A stretch of 64,000 bases of DNA from Octopus vulgaris (lineage: Eukaryota): contig OX597814.1 of NCBI GenBank assembly GCA_951406725.2, positions 114,700,001 to 114,764,000 on the forward strand, written 5' to 3'. Both the position numbers and the translations under genes were made by a program. Below the pieces are notes generated by a model. It ran no database searches and was not told where the DNA came from. It worked only from the letters and a program-made list of their open reading frames with translations. Shown here one piece after another: positions 1 to 12,572 of this stretch (its first letter is position 1; every line of letters begins with the position of its first letter).

Positions 1-29
1 TTAGGTTGCAAGTCTACTTTCAACGTCAT

Positions 30-330
30 CCACCACTTCAAAAGTATTTTCTTCAATCTGATACCTCGCAATCACTGCATACTCTGAGACGAAATATACA
101 TAGGCGATATATGTCTTGGTTTGGCTGATTAGTTCCCAGAACATCACTATGAAACAACCTAACAATACTTATGGCATACTCAGATGAATAGACTGTTACT
201 TTAAATCCTATGGCCCGTCCGCTCACTTCTCCCAGTCTTCAGCACTAAGGCTCAACTGATAACACACGGTAAAATTTTTCCCTTTAACCTGAGATCCTCA
301 AATTTCTTCCTCCTCACGCTCACTTTTAAG
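30..330 (+). mobile_element. Degenerate Penelope-like (GIY-YIG endonuclease) remnant
   Basis: Frame 1 reads NLIPRNHCIL*DEIYIGDICLGLAD*FPEH (about 55-150), matching the PLE GIY-YIG pattern N(L/V)IY.I.C..C...YIGETGRRL.DRF.EH; in-frame stops present. Confidence 0.55.
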
Positions 331-1301
331 AATTTCCTCGCCCCTGTTGATTCTATTAGATTCTAGATCTAATTTTGTACGCTTGTGGAGGTGTGTTTAT
401 AGGCTTGTTAGTGTGAATACATTATATACGCCTTTGTTTGTGCTGTGTCCCCACATTTTCTCAGACTAACATGTATATATAATAATCTAGGTCCTAGTAC
501 GTTAGAAAATCCTCACAACTATCTGGTTATCTACACTCTCATATTGGAGCTCAACCAAATTTTACAAGGTTTTCATAAACCTGAGATTACGGAAGAAGAC
601 ACTTGCACAGGGTAATCGAACAACAAATCCAACCATTTAATAACCAACAAGCTCCTTAGTCATACATCCAAGCTTACGCTCACTATTAATGCCTTTTAAG
701 GTTTTAACGTTACACAGCTACTATATATAGAGGCATTGTACCTAGAAAAATGCAATAACGTATTCTGAATATACTTACCAATAATCTAATCAATAGTAGA
801 TAGTAATTAATTACATCACTTATGCCTTTCAGTGTAAGCTAATGAACTCATAACAATGAGGCATTTGTTAAGGATTGGTAATATTATATTTCAGTTGATA
901 TATGAATAAATATGACAACATTAAATGTGGTTATGGGAATATGTGTTTTGAAAGCACTCCTTATTTTACACTTAATATAATTGAACTTAAAATATAAATT
1001 AGCCTCTGATAGAAATGTCTGGGGGAATTAATTTACAGTTATGTGGCTGCATTGATTGGGCAGAAAAGGTTTTGATATTATTTTATACATTATTGTTTAA
1101 GTCATTTCCGAAACCATAACTGCCTTTCAGAAACTCCTAGATCGATAGAATCTTCATTAGATTGTTTTCATCGACCTCTTAAGTGCTGAAGACCGGATCA
1201 GATCTCGATATGACCAGTGTGGTTGGTGTAATAAACAGCTCATTAACAAAGTATCTCATGTCACATGTATTTTTAACGTATTAATATTTATCTACAGAAA
1301 A

Positions 1302-1735
1302 CGGCGGCAAGCTAGCAAAATCGTCTGCACGTCGCTCAAATTGCTTAGTGGTATTTCGCCCGTCTTCACATTCTGAGATCAAATTCTGCCAAGGTCGACT
1401 CTGCCTTTCATTTTTTCGGAGTCGATAAAATAAGTACCAGTTGAGCACTGGGGTCGATGTCATTGAATTACTCCTCCCTTGAAATTACTGGCCTTCAGCG
1501 AAAATTGAAATCAATATTTATCTACAAAAGGTGGTGAGCTGGCAGAATCGTTATCACGTCGGGCGAAATGCTTAGTGGCGTTTCGCCCGATCTTACGGAC
1601 TAAGTTCAAATTCCGCTGAGGTCAGCTTTACGTTTCGCCCTTTCAGACTCGATATAATAAGTACCAGGTGAGCATCGAGACCGATTTAATCGACTCAAAA
1701 TTGTTGGCCTTGTGCCAAAATTTGAAACCAATATT
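1302..1735 (+). mobile_element. Two tandem diverged copies of SINE family A (tRNA-derived)
   Basis: Both copies (about 1302-1517 and 1529-1735) align by eye to ggcggcgagctggcagaa...gagttcaaattccgccgaggtcgactttgcctttcatcctttcggggtcgataaaataagtaccag seen at 5904, 42321 and 61812. Confidence 0.85.
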
Positions 1736-2408
1736 TAGCTAGAGGTGTTGCTCACTGGTTCTAGTTCTCTACAAGGTTGTATTTAAGTTTTTTTTTTATT
1801 TCAGTTTCATTGCTGTAGATATTTCTCAGCTGTAACCCAGACTTTAAAAACTACATAAAAAAATAAGATTTTACGAGAGTGTAATTATAATTGCTGCAGT
1901 TCCTACATTTAACATTTTTCAGTGGTCAATTAAGATATCTACATCATAAAATGGCATCTAGAAATAAAATTTTAAAGACTTTTATGTCTATTAAAATGTT
2001 GGCGAATATTTTCTTTCAAACAGTTTAAGTTACAGGTATATAGGTTCTTAAAGTGTTTGCGAATGAACTGGTAAATAAAACGTGCTTCTGTGAACAGGTA
2101 TTGCATGTAAGAGAGTTAATAACATAAGTGACTTCGATTTTGATTGATAAGATTTACTTGGAGAAGCAAGACAAATATAGAAAAGGTTTACTACTCCAGC
2201 CACGCTTGTAAATGCCACTAGTTGAGACAATTCCCTCTTGTACCAACAAATGGTCGTGAGAGCTGCTTTCACTGAGAATTAAGCGACAAAAGATACATGT
2301 TATAAAAAAAATATTAGGTCACAAAAATTTGAATGTCTCTTGGATTACGGATAAAAATCTATAGACCTTTATATCCGGGTAATCAAAAACATCAAACAGA
2401 ACCCAAAA

Positions 2409-4223
2409 GTGTTCTATTCTTATGCAAGTAAGCATAGAACCACTGTCTCACCTATTGGGCCATTGATTGATGAAAACGGCATTCTCCAACACGATGCTAA
2501 AGAAATGGCAGAAATACTGCAGAAACAATATTGCTCTGTCTTCAGTGTTCCCACTGATATTGATGTGAGGGAAACGAACGAAGCTGACTCCCAACACAAA
2601 ATCGCAGACATAACCTTCACTGCCACCGACATTGTAGCAGCAATAAATGAGGTCAAACATTACTCCGCTGTAGGCCCTGATAGATTTCCCGCCAGTCTCC
2701 TGAAGGAATGTAGATATCAACTTGCAGTCCCTCTGACCAACCTCTGGAGAAACTCGTTAGACGCAGGTTATATACCGAAAAAGTTTCTATCCCAGTCGGT
2801 CATCCCGGTTTTCAAACAGGGAAACAGATCCCTCGCAGTCAACTATCGCCCAATCTCACTCACCTCCCACATCATTAAAGTGTTTAAAAGAGTGTTAAGA
2901 TCAAGGATAGCTGACTTCCTGGAGACCCACAAACTCCTAAATTCAAATCAACATGGCTTTCGCTGTGGCAGGGACTGTCTAACACAGCTCTTACACCACA
3001 TTGAAGATGTACTCAAAGCCTTGGGAACAGGTTCGAACTCTGACGTCATATACCTTGACTTCAGTAAAGCGTTCGACAGGGTAGACCATAACATCCTACT
3101 CTCAAAATTGGCAAATGTTGGAATCCGTGGAAAAGTTCTACACTGGATTCAGTATTTCCTAGCGAATAGAACACAACATGTTGTAGTTGATGGAGTCCAC
3201 TCAAACCCAGCAAAAGTCACCAGCGGGGTTCCCCAGGGAACTGTTTTGGGTCCGCTACTCTTCATAATTTATGTAAACGACCTTTCCAGTGTCGTACATC
3301 ACTGCAAAGTGAAAATATTCGCTGATGACACTAAGCTCCAGCAAATCGTCAATGAAGAAGCAGACCGAACTCAACTCCAGTCTGACCTATATGCTGTGAG
3401 TCAATGGGCAGACAGAAACAAAATGCAACTGAATGAGGGAAAATTTGAGCTGATGCATTTTGGAAGAAATTCCTCACTAAAACAACCATACTCTCTTCCT
3501 TCAGGGGAACCGCTCACAGCCTCTAACAATATCAGAGACCTGGGTGTAATTGTTGATGACGATCTCAGTTGGAGTGCACACATCAACAAGAAGGTCGATA
3601 CAGCTCGTAGGATGAGTTCCTGGATCTTAAGAACTTTCCGGTCCAGAGAACAAGGTGTCATCATACCACTTTTTTCATCCTTTGTACGGCCACACCTTGA
3701 ATACTGCTGCCCACTGTGGTCTCCTCACACAAGACAAAACATCTCCAGAATTGAGTCACCCCAGAGGGCTCTTACTAAACAAATTGAAGGCATGGCTGCT
3801 CTCGACTATTGGGATCGCCTTAAAGCCTTGAAACTTTACTCCCTCCAGCGTCGCCGTGAGCGGTACATCATTTGTACGATGTGGAAAATATACCGCCAAC
3901 TTTGCCCAAACGACCTAAACATTAGCTTCAAGGTTCATCCGAGACTTGGACCACGGGCTATACGTCCCCTGCCCAATTCAAGATCACAACATACATGTAC
4001 ACTGCAACATAATTTCTTTTCCTCAACAGGCCCTGCCCTATTTAACATTGTCCCGAGGGAGATCAAAGAGGAAAAGGATCCCATCAACTTCAAACAGAGT
4101 CTGGATAGATTCCTTCAAAGAATACCAGACAAGCCACCCATAATTGGATACAACTCACCCAACAAGAACTCACTACTTGAACAAAACTGGATACAACTCA
4201 CCCAACAAGAACTCACTACTTGA
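2409..4223 (+). CDS. LINE ORF2 fragment: reverse transcriptase domain and C-terminal region (GTG start is nominal; element is 5'-truncated)
   Basis: RT motifs NYRPISLTS, QHGFR, YLDFSKAFDRVDH, SGVPQGTVLGPLLFIIYVND, FADDTK, RDLGV; CR1/L2-type C-terminal motifs RPHLEYCCPLWSP and LYSLQRRRERY. Confidence 0.93.
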   Translation: MFYSYASKHRTTVSPIGPLIDENGILQHDAKEMAEILQKQYCSVFSVPTDIDVRETNEADSQHKIADITFTATDIVAAINEVKHYSAVGPDRFPASLLKECRYQLAVPLTNLWRNSLDAGYIPKKFLSQSVIPVFKQGNRSLAVNYRPISLTSHIIKVFKRVLRSRIADFLETHKLLNSNQHGFRCGRDCLTQLLHHIEDVLKALGTGSNSDVIYLDFSKAFDRVDHNILLSKLANVGIRGKVLHWIQYFLANRTQHVVVDGVHSNPAKVTSGVPQGTVLGPLLFIIYVNDLSSVVHHCKVKIFADDTKLQQIVNEEADRTQLQSDLYAVSQWADRNKMQLNEGKFELMHFGRNSSLKQPYSLPSGEPLTASNNIRDLGVIVDDDLSWSAHINKKVDTARRMSSWILRTFRSREQGVIIPLFSSFVRPHLEYCCPLWSPHTRQNISRIESPQRALTKQIEGMAALDYWDRLKALKLYSLQRRRERYIICTMWKIYRQLCPNDLNISFKVHPRLGPRAIRPLPNSRSQHTCTLQHNFFSSTGPALFNIVPREIKEEKDPINFKQSLDRFLQRIPDKPPIIGYNSPNKNSLLEQNWIQLTQQELTT

Positions 4224-4230
4224 ACAAAAC
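4145..4230 (+). repeat. Perfect 43-bp tandem duplication at the end of the LINE ORF
   Basis: tggatacaactcacccaacaagaactcactacttgaacaaaac at 4145-4187 and 4188-4230. Confidence 0.95.
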
Positions 4231-5903
4231 TTGACTTAAACAGGATTCGAATAATCCTATCAGGTGGTGCTATTAAGTTAGACATGGCCTGGACCAATCT
4301 CTGGTCGAAACATATCTAAGTTTTATCTAAGTTTTACCTGAAACAGGATTTAGTTAACCTAAATTATTGAAATATAATATTGGCAACCTGAAGCGAATAA
4401 TGATTGCCTAACTGTCGGGGCAACAAAATTAATTATGGCCTTCAAAATATTATACTTGAGAATAGATAACTATTTATTGAAAATAATTATTAAGAGAAAA
4501 GTTGGCTAGAAGGTAAATAAAATAATAGATTGAATTCAAAATATTGTGAATAGTAGTTTGAAAGCTGATGTCTTTCCGGAGATAATAAACAGAAAACAAG
4601 ATATTTATGAAGCTATGACGTGAAAATAAAAAGATAAACTTCTGTAAATGAAACATTAATTATTATCTTAATTGTTATATTAGATGCAACAAAATATAAA
4701 CCAAGCTATTTTTTAACAAAGCAGTCCGTAGTTGATTATTTAGAGAAGAGTACGAACACTTCAAGCATTGCAAACATCCATAAATAAAGAATGAATAATT
4801 TCCAACACAATACCCTTGTAGTTATTGAAAAGAAACCTGATGGAGTGTTTGAAGAATTTGTGCACTACCAGAAATAGATTCGTCGTACAATAGTTTATTA
4901 CTCAGAATGAGATATTTTGTGTTTTGCAGAGTGAGATTATAATGATCTTTATTGTCTATGGTTTGAGAAATACTTCAGGAGTTTCTTTTCTTGAAAAATT
5001 ACATATATCTTGGAAGACAAACATAAAAGTTTTCATAGTTAATCAAAACTTTCATCATTAAAAATGTTGAAAGTTCGCCAAAATATCCATGACTAAGGCC
5101 AAAATATCCATGATTAACAAATATTCAGTAAAAACGTCGTAACAATATTTTCAGACTGTCTTATTGGTATTTTCTGGGGCATACTTATGTCTATACCTAG
5201 AGGCAATCTGTCAATATCTTTAAGGGCATGGTTGTATAACATTTGCAAATTATTATTTCAAGCTGACAAGAGAGGGAGGCGAGAGTAGGGAAGAATGTGC
5301 TACCTTCTTGTAAGTTTTATGAAAGAATGGTGAGTTGGCGAAATTGATGTAGCTAAATGGATCTAGTGTAACTTTAGGGCAGTGTTTTGTCTATAAGAAC
5401 TCATAAAACATTTGCTTATCTTTGTATCAATGTAATCTGAGGATTCTTATATTCAGTATATCATAGTAAACTCAGTGTGTCTTAAATTGCCGATGTGGTG
5501 CCCTCCACCATCACTTTATAGTTACATTCTAGCTAAATTTTTTTTTCTGTCTATCTTTTGCACAGCGTGTAACGTTGCAAGCCTTGGAATGGCTCATATA
5601 ATACTACTCATATAGTTTGTATCATACCTAGTCTTCTAGTTTTTGTTACTGTTTAAGCTTCATGTATTACGTTCAGTTTATTTTAATTTCAATTCCCTCG
5701 TAGCTTGACGGTTTCTTCACTTTCGGGCAGTATTTTGGTCTCAATAGATGGTGATATGTCTGTAGGCAGACATTTTTGCGTCTATCCTTGATTATTTGAG
5801 AGATTTAACTTGATTTGCTTGTCAGTGTGGATGAGTGTGTCCCAGATAATTGTAGTTAGAATGTTGTCAAGTACCATGTTGCATATATTTTACATCACTC
5901 CGA

Positions 5904-6135
5904 AGGCGGCGAGCTGGCAGAAATGTTGGCACGCCGGGCGAAATGCATAGCCGTATTTCGTCTGTCGTTACGTTCTGAGTTCAAATTCCGCCGAGGTCGT
6001 CTTTGCCTTTCATCCTTTCGGGGTCGATAAACAAAGTACCAGTTTCGCACTGGGGTCGATTTAATCAACTTAATCCCTTTGTCTCTCCTTGTTTGTCCCC
6101 TCTATGTTTAGCCCCATGTGGGCAATAAAGAAATA
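5904..6135 (+). mobile_element. SINE family A, full length
   Basis: Near-consensus copy with B-box-like gagttcaaattcc; flanked by direct repeat ttttacatcact (5888-5899 and about 6140-6151). Confidence 0.9.
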
Positions 6136-7331
6136 TGTGTTTTACATCACTTCTTTGTTTTTACTTCAAAGAATTGGCATATCGTCCAGTGACAGCGACC
6201 GACTCAATCGTACCTTATTATTCTGACTCAGCCAAAGGAAATTATAATTTTGCATGGGATCAGAGTTTTGCTTTCTATTTTCAACCCAAAACTGTTGAGA
6301 TGGCTTTCATTCTGGAACTCTTTTAGAACACCAGCAATGAAGAGATTTTTCGTTCGTTCCTTTCATTTCGTTAATATATTTTAGTATGAAATTTTGAATG
6401 TCTTTTGTTTCTTTTTATCTTTTGCGGGTGTTTTATCTACATCTAAATCTTATCTTTTCTGTTTAGTTAGTTTCCTCTTCGTACATTATCGTTTCCTTAT
6501 TCACAATGAACAGTTGATGCATAAGTTTTTTTTTACATATTTCCTTGTTATTCTTACCAGTTTCCATTCTAAACCTAATTATTTTTTTCTCAAAGCATTG
6601 TTTGTAGTAATTTTCTATTTGTACCAGACCCCATAGTCTTTGTGTGTGGTGAAATTGGAAATCTATCAGTAGTTTCTTGATTTTTCTGTCTACAGTTCAG
6701 TTCTCTTAATTTCCGGTTTATTCTTTTATTATGCTGTAGCTATATTTTATAATTGAGACGGACAGAATATGACAATCGGCCATCTTTCTTTTCCTAACTT
6801 GAATTTCTTTCCTTATCTCTGATCAACCGTAGAGATAAGACGCATTCTTGTCTGTTTCCTGTCAGAGCTTGTTCCTACGCGTTCACCAACTCAATTTGTT
6901 CAAGTTTAACAGCCCTTCCTGTTTTTTTTCACTGTCCTGTTTTTGTTACCAACTTTAACCCTCCGCAAAATCTCAAATTTTATTTAATTTGCTTTGCGGG
7001 AGCAACAGTTTTGTCGAAAACATATCTTGTCGTGAATTGCTGGAAATACGAAGTAGAAAAACATCCGACAATTAAAGAAGGGTCATTTTTTTACGTTGCT
7101 TCTCTTGTTTTCCATTTGTTTCTCTCATTGTTCGCCAAAGAAAGTTCGTATTCCATGTTATCGTATTTCGTATTTTATGTTGTTTTCGTATTCCATGTTG
7201 TTTACGTTCTGTGGTGTCCTGTGCCCATATATGTATGTGTATATACATATATATGTATGCATGTATATTTATATATTATTTATATCATATATATACATAC
7301 ATATATACTTACATGTATATATTTTAATTTT

Positions 7332-7602
7332 TATGCGCCCTTTTCAAGCCTAGCGAGGCTCATGGGCCCGGTTTCTATGGCGTATATGTTCCCCCCAGCT
7401 AGACGGGACGCCAGTCCATTGCAGCGTTACTCAAGAAACAGGAAGAAAGAGTGAAAGTTGGGGCGAAAGAGTACAACAGGGGTCGCAACCACCCCTGCCG
7501 GAGCCTCGTGGAGCTTTAGATGTTTTCGCTCAATAAACACACACATCACCCAGTTTGGGAATCCAAACCATGATCCTCCGACCACTGGGCCATTGCGCCT
7601 CC
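7332..7602 (-). mobile_element. SINE family C (tRNA-derived head), tail type 1
   Basis: Reverse complement begins tggaggcgcaatggcccagtggt (box A) ... ggtttggattccc; body shared with 8066 and 39576. Confidence 0.85.
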
Positions 7603-8065
7603 ATACACACATGCACATACACACACATATGTATACACACATACACACACATATGTATACACACATACACACACAAACACACATATATATGTATACACAA
7701 AGTAGAGGAAGATGAAAACGCAAGTCCAATGCCGTCAACCAAATTCCCAAACGCATAAATGAACATATTCAATGTAATTGAATCATATATCTTTATACAC
7801 ATCATCATAAATCTTGCATGTATAGGCCTAAAGATTATCTAAGAGTATAAAGAATAAACCCAAACATACATAAAATATGGGAGCGATATAAAAGGATATA
7901 AAGATACATAAAAGTACATATATAAAATCACATATAAATAAGGGTTACTGGCTAGCAAATGCGTTTTCATTGTCCTCTACTTTTGTAACATTTCACATTG
8001 GCTCTTTACAAGTACTCCGTAAATATCCCATATAACATACTCAATATTATATATATATATATATT

Positions 8066-8373
8066 AGTAGAGGCGCATGGCCTAGTGGTTAGAGCAGGGA
8101 ATTTGCGGTCGAGGGATCGCGGGTTCGAATCTCAGACCTGGCGATATGTATGTTTATAAGCGAAACACCTAAGTTCAACGCGGCTCCGACAGAAGGTAAT
8201 GGCGAACTTCTGCTAACTCTTTCGCCACAACTTTCTCTCACTCTTTCTTCTTGCATCCTGCAGCTCAACCGCGACGGACCGGCGTTCCGCCCAGGCGAGG
8301 AACCTATACGCCAAGGAAACTAGGAAACCGGCCCTTATGAGCCAGGCATGGCTCGAGAAGTAACAAACAACAA
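8066..8373 (+). mobile_element. SINE family C, tail type 1
   Basis: Box A tggcctagtgg, box B ggttcgaatctc, ends in aacaaacaacaa, flanked by (TA)n on both sides. Confidence 0.88.
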
Positions 8374-8639
8374 TATATATAGAGAGAGCAAAATATGAGT
8401 TAGAGGTTATTCAACAATTTAAGAGATAAATGTATCCGTTGACACTACTGGTGTATTATTTCACTATGTATAGTCCTAGCTATAAGGTATACAGTAGTTG
8501 GTAATTTAAAGGTAAAAAGGTGGTTTGATATATAGATAGAAAAGAAAAGAAATGGACCAATAATTAACAAAGAAAAGTTGATCATCGGTATTAAAGTTAT
8601 ATTTAATTGTAGTTCAGAACCATTTACAGCTGTTTCTGT

Positions 8640-8860
8640 TTATGAAATCGAGGTGAATTTGTATTTATCTCGTTCAAATTTAACAACGTCTTTCCTGTTG
8701 TTGTGGTAGGTAGTCTCTGATTGGTTGTTTTTATCATAGAATAAGGCTTTCCATTGTAAACTGTAGGTAAAGTCTGATAACTTTGCGGTCAATTCTTTTA
8801 GATATATATCTTTAGATGGAATCGGTATATCCTTTAATGATCTTTCCATAACATCTAACG
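8640..8860 (-). mobile_element. Penelope-like element ORF N-terminal fragment
   Basis: SLKDIPIPSKDIYLKELTAKLSDFTYSLQWKALFY...KYKFTS resembles the PLE N-terminal motif YSLKNIPIPS...YLK.LI.K...F..RMRWKA.FF...YGFKS. Confidence 0.7.
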
Positions 8861-9084
8861 GTAAAATGGAGCAAATAACAATAGAAACTATGGTACGTAG
8901 GTAATCGCTTTCTATTTCGTATATTTTCATTTGTCTTGCTCATTTTTACATTCTGGCTCTTTGCTAAAATTTTCTTGGGAACACACTCCTCGTGGTAAGG
9001 CGATATGACGTCTATCTTTAGCATATTAGGAATCCACTTTGGTGGTCATTCCTCTTAATTTGTATGTATATATACATATATATG

Positions 9085-10519
9085 TATTGTTATATTTCGG
9101 AATGGTCATTTTGCCAGTTTAGCCAATAAAAACACACGCACTATATATTTGGTGTTACTTTGCTTCAGTGTTATTTATTTTTTACATTAATCTTAATCTT
9201 ATTTTGGCCAGAGTTCTTTCGTCACACTCATGTGACCGCATCAGAGGTCCTTTGTTTTCTTCTTTCTTATTTGTGTCTCTCCTTAGTAACCGTCAGCCAT
9301 TTTGTATTTCTATTGTTTGTCTTCATTTGCGCATGCTTATATCTCTATGTGCGTCTATGTTTATTTAGTGTGTGGGGGGGGGATGCCTGTAATATTTGTA
9401 TCTTCTGTTTATATACGTTCATGTAATTTGTTTTTGTTGTTGTTTTTGTTTATTCTTATTTTGTTCTTGTGTTTACATCCACTTATTATTATCATTACAT
9501 ATGCTTGTATGTATGTATGTATATATGTATGTATAACAACAATACTAGTAATAATAATAATAAATCGAAAAAAAAAAATATAGTTATTTATTTCTATTTG
9601 TTTATTTATCTGTGTATTTATTATGTTTTCGTGATCCTCTACCGTCATATGTTGTGGTGTGTGCTAGTGTTCCATTCTAGTTTTCTATTCAGGCTAGGTT
9701 TATTTTCTATTATGTGTGTAGCTTCTGTAATTTGTCTGATTGTTGCATCTGTTCTATGTGTGGACAATATTTTAATTTCTATGTTGTTGATTGACCCCCG
9801 TGTTCCTGTTCGGCGTGTTGGTACAGAATGGATGAGCTATTACCTTCCTTGAGTTGTCTCCAATGTCATTTACCCGCTCTCCTATGCTTCTTGCCGTTTC
9901 CCCTACGTATGTCGTTGTTCTATACATCTTATTCTATAGACTACATTTTTGGCTTTACAGTTTGTTTGTGGGCTAAATCTACATACAGTACAGTACTTAT
10001 CCATACAGGGGCTTCTACTAAAAGGATAGGTTCTACCAATTATAGATTTGATAGGGTTGCCTGGCTTTTCAACAACCTTAATCCTTAGCTTAAGTTTGTC
10101 TAGGGTCCTTCTAAAGTGGTACGCCAGTTCACCTCCAGGGGTGGTGTCAACGAACATGACACTCTGGTATTTATGGCTATCATACCAAGAGTTGGCCTTC
10201 CCTATTTTCTTTTTTGTCCTTTCTATAGTGTTCCATGACTTGTTCCTATAGAGTGGGCAAATCCCATTCCTATCATTACATAATGTATTATCAAATTTCT
10301 TCATGGCTCCTTTGTATACTCTGATCCTTTCTTTATGGCTGTAACCTGAGAACTGCATGCGGTGAATGAAATATTGTATGTGTCTCTTTAACTCTGTAGA
10401 CTCGCACATGCGTGACACATTTCTCATTATTCTGACGAGGTCTGCCATCAAAATATTGAATTTGGCATTGTCCGCAATGGCTGAGTTCCGGTGGATTAAG
10501 TATTTTGAGGCCATAGGAC
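9085..10519 (-). mobile_element. Penelope-like retroelement 3' part (Neptune-type: RT thumb, Cys-rich linker, GIY-YIG, 3' repeat region)
   Basis: [13 protein letters not shown]...RMQFSGYS...PLYR...[13 protein letters not shown]...IKVVEKPG...CMDKYCTVC...[13 protein letters not shown], then after a frameshift near 9910 [15 protein letters not shown]..., and after a further shift SILYQHAEQEH; truncated at the microsatellite at 10520. Confidence 0.88.
9205..9250 (-). ncRNA. Degenerate minimal hammerhead ribozyme in the PLE 3' region
   Basis: Minus strand ggacct-CTGATGC-g-gtcaca-tgag-tgtgac-GAAA-gaac-TC-tggcc: good stem II, one core deviation (CUGAUGC), imperfect stem I; lies downstream of the PLE ORF on the same strand. 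Confidence 0.55.
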
Positions 10520-10582
<63 letters not shown>

Positions 10583-10761
10583 TATATGTGTGTATATATA
10601 TATGTATATATACATATGTATATATATGTATATATATATATATACATACAACATATATATGTATATATATATATATATATATACATACAACATATATATG
10701 TATGTATATATACATATATATATGTATATATATATATATACATACACACAACATATATATG

Positions 10762-10815
<54 letters not shown>

Positions 10816-10841
10816 CAACATATATATGTATGTATATATAC

Positions 10842-10872
<31 letters not shown>

Positions 10873-10905
10873 TATACATACAACATATATATGTATGTAT
10901 ATATA
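10520..10905. repeat. Compound (TA)n/(CATA) microsatellite with a higher-order unit containing catacaacatatatatgtatg
   Basis: Direct reading; explains the Y/I-rich ORFs in all frames. Confidence 0.97.
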
Positions 10906-11433
10906 TAATATTATGTCAGGTCACTTTCGATTGCTACTGGTAACATGTAACCCAGTACAACCTGTTGCATGGTTGGGCCGTCGGCGACTAAACCGGCAAC
11001 CCCACCAAGCTTGCTTGGTGAGGAGGGTGTTTATTGGACACCCTGCGGGATGAAAAACAAAACCCGTCAACGGGTGGAGGAACTCTTGAGAGTCAGCAGC
11101 CATCCAATAAATGTGTATTTTTCTTTCTTAAGGTTGTATCATGCGCGGGGGCATAGAAATAATCGCGCGGTTAAACCATTGGGAGTGAAGCACTCTTAGC
11201 CTTTGTCTAGGCATCCTTCTAGGAGATGGTAACTCGGGTAACTGGGATAACTCCGACATAAAACCTGCGGATCAATGGTTACCGATGATGTTGACTTGTT
11301 CTTCTTTTCGGATTATGGCTGCTGTTGCTTAGTGAGTGGGATTGATTCAGTGCACAGCCTTTCCTCACTTTAAAAAAAATCTTCTTGCACAGGCATTGCA
11401 CGATAACAACATTGTTCATGATTGTTGATGGTG

Positions 11434-11602
11434 CTGTCAATCGCAACTGAATGGCTGGCTGTAACCTTAAAAAAACAAATAAAAGTCACATTCGATCACA
11501 GCACGAATAACAGTTAAACTGTCAATCGCAACTGAATGGCTGGCTGTAACCTTAAAAAAACAAATAAAAGTCACATTCGATCACAGCACCAATAACAGTT
11601 AA
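11434..11602 (+). repeat. 85-bp tandem duplication (2 copies)
   Basis: ctgtcaatcgcaactgaatggctggctgtaacc...cagttaa begins at 11434 and 11519. Confidence 0.95.
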
Positions 11603-11682
11603 GCTTCGTGTAGTGGCCATACTCGATAACGAGGGGGCAACCATCATATATATTCCCTTCTCTAGATCTTTCCTTTTCCTAT

Positions 11683-11719
11683 GTTTCTGACGAAGAGCCC
11701 CGCTCGAAACGTTAAAAAC
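11683..11719 (+). ncRNA. Minimal (PLE-type) hammerhead ribozyme
   Basis: gttt-CTGACGA-a-gagc-ccc-gctc-GAAA-cgt-TA-aaaac; palindromic AACGTT in place of stem III; short stem I (ttt/aaa). Confidence 0.65.
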
Positions 11720-11816
11720 TCCTTTTTCCCTTCCTTCCTGACCGTCCAATAATATTATATTTGTTCAACGTCCTCGCGTTGATGTGTTTTCTCTTTGTGT
11801 TTTCATGTTTGGATTA

Positions 11817-11820
<4 letters not shown>

Positions 11821-11894
<74 letters not shown>

Positions 11895-11949
11895 CATACA
11901 TACATACATATATATATACGTACATACATACATACATATATATACATGC

Positions 11950-11988
<39 letters not shown>

Positions 11989-12138
11989 CATGCGTGCATG
12001 CATGCATGCATACATATATATATACATGCGTGCATGCATGCATGCATACATATATATATATACATGCATACATACATACATATATATATACATGCATGCA
12101 TACATACATACATACATACATATATATATACATTCATG

Positions 12139-12174
<36 letters not shown>

Positions 12175-12346
12175 CATTCATGCATACATACATATATATA
12201 TATACATACATACATATATATATACATATATATACATACATATATATATATACATACATATATATATACATACATACATATGTATATATATATACATACA
12301 TATATATATATATATATACATATATATATACATACATACATATGTA

Positions 12347-12387
<41 letters not shown>

Positions 12388-12541
12388 ACATACATATATA
12401 TATATATATATATACATACATATATATATATACATACATATATATACATATATATATACATACATATATATACATATATATATATATACATATATATATA
12501 CACATACATATATATATACACATACATATATATATATACAC

Positions 12542-12572
<31 letters not shown>

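Larger units (their letters stand above)
2379..4336 (+). mobile_element. 5'-truncated CR1/L2-group LINE (non-LTR retrotransposon), young copy
   Basis: Open frame from about 2379 (VIKNIKQNPKVFYSY) to 4223, short 3' UTR, and a terminal tandem repeat atctaagtttt x2 (about 4314-4335). No APE endonuclease domain present. Confidence 0.92.
10915..11820 (+). mobile_element. Composite non-coding retroelement-derived block between two TA microsatellites (RTE-like 5' UTR portion and hammerhead-bearing 3' portion)
   Basis: GC-richer than flanks; taggcatccttctaggagatggtaactc resembles RTE 5' UTR sequence; internal 85-bp tandem duplication; hammerhead core at 11687. Confidence 0.5.

Noticed and set aside
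4915-4936. ttttgtgttttgcag-a-gtgag, a near AG|GT junction
   Set aside because: Short tract, upstream AGs close by, no branchpoint; much weaker than 32469.
6800-7215. Repeat-like block with hairpin ctccgcaaa...tttgcgggag
   Set aside because: Probably a non-autonomous rolling-circle type repeat, but ends and family cannot be supported from one copy.
8066-8145. tRNA-like sequences at SINE heads (also 22270-22340 and 39576-39650)
   Set aside because: Box A/B present but no proper acceptor stem, and they continue into SINE bodies; not tRNA genes.
11434-11602. Direct repeats as a possible CRISPR-like array
   Set aside because: Two adjacent copies with no spacers, eukaryotic context, no cas genes.
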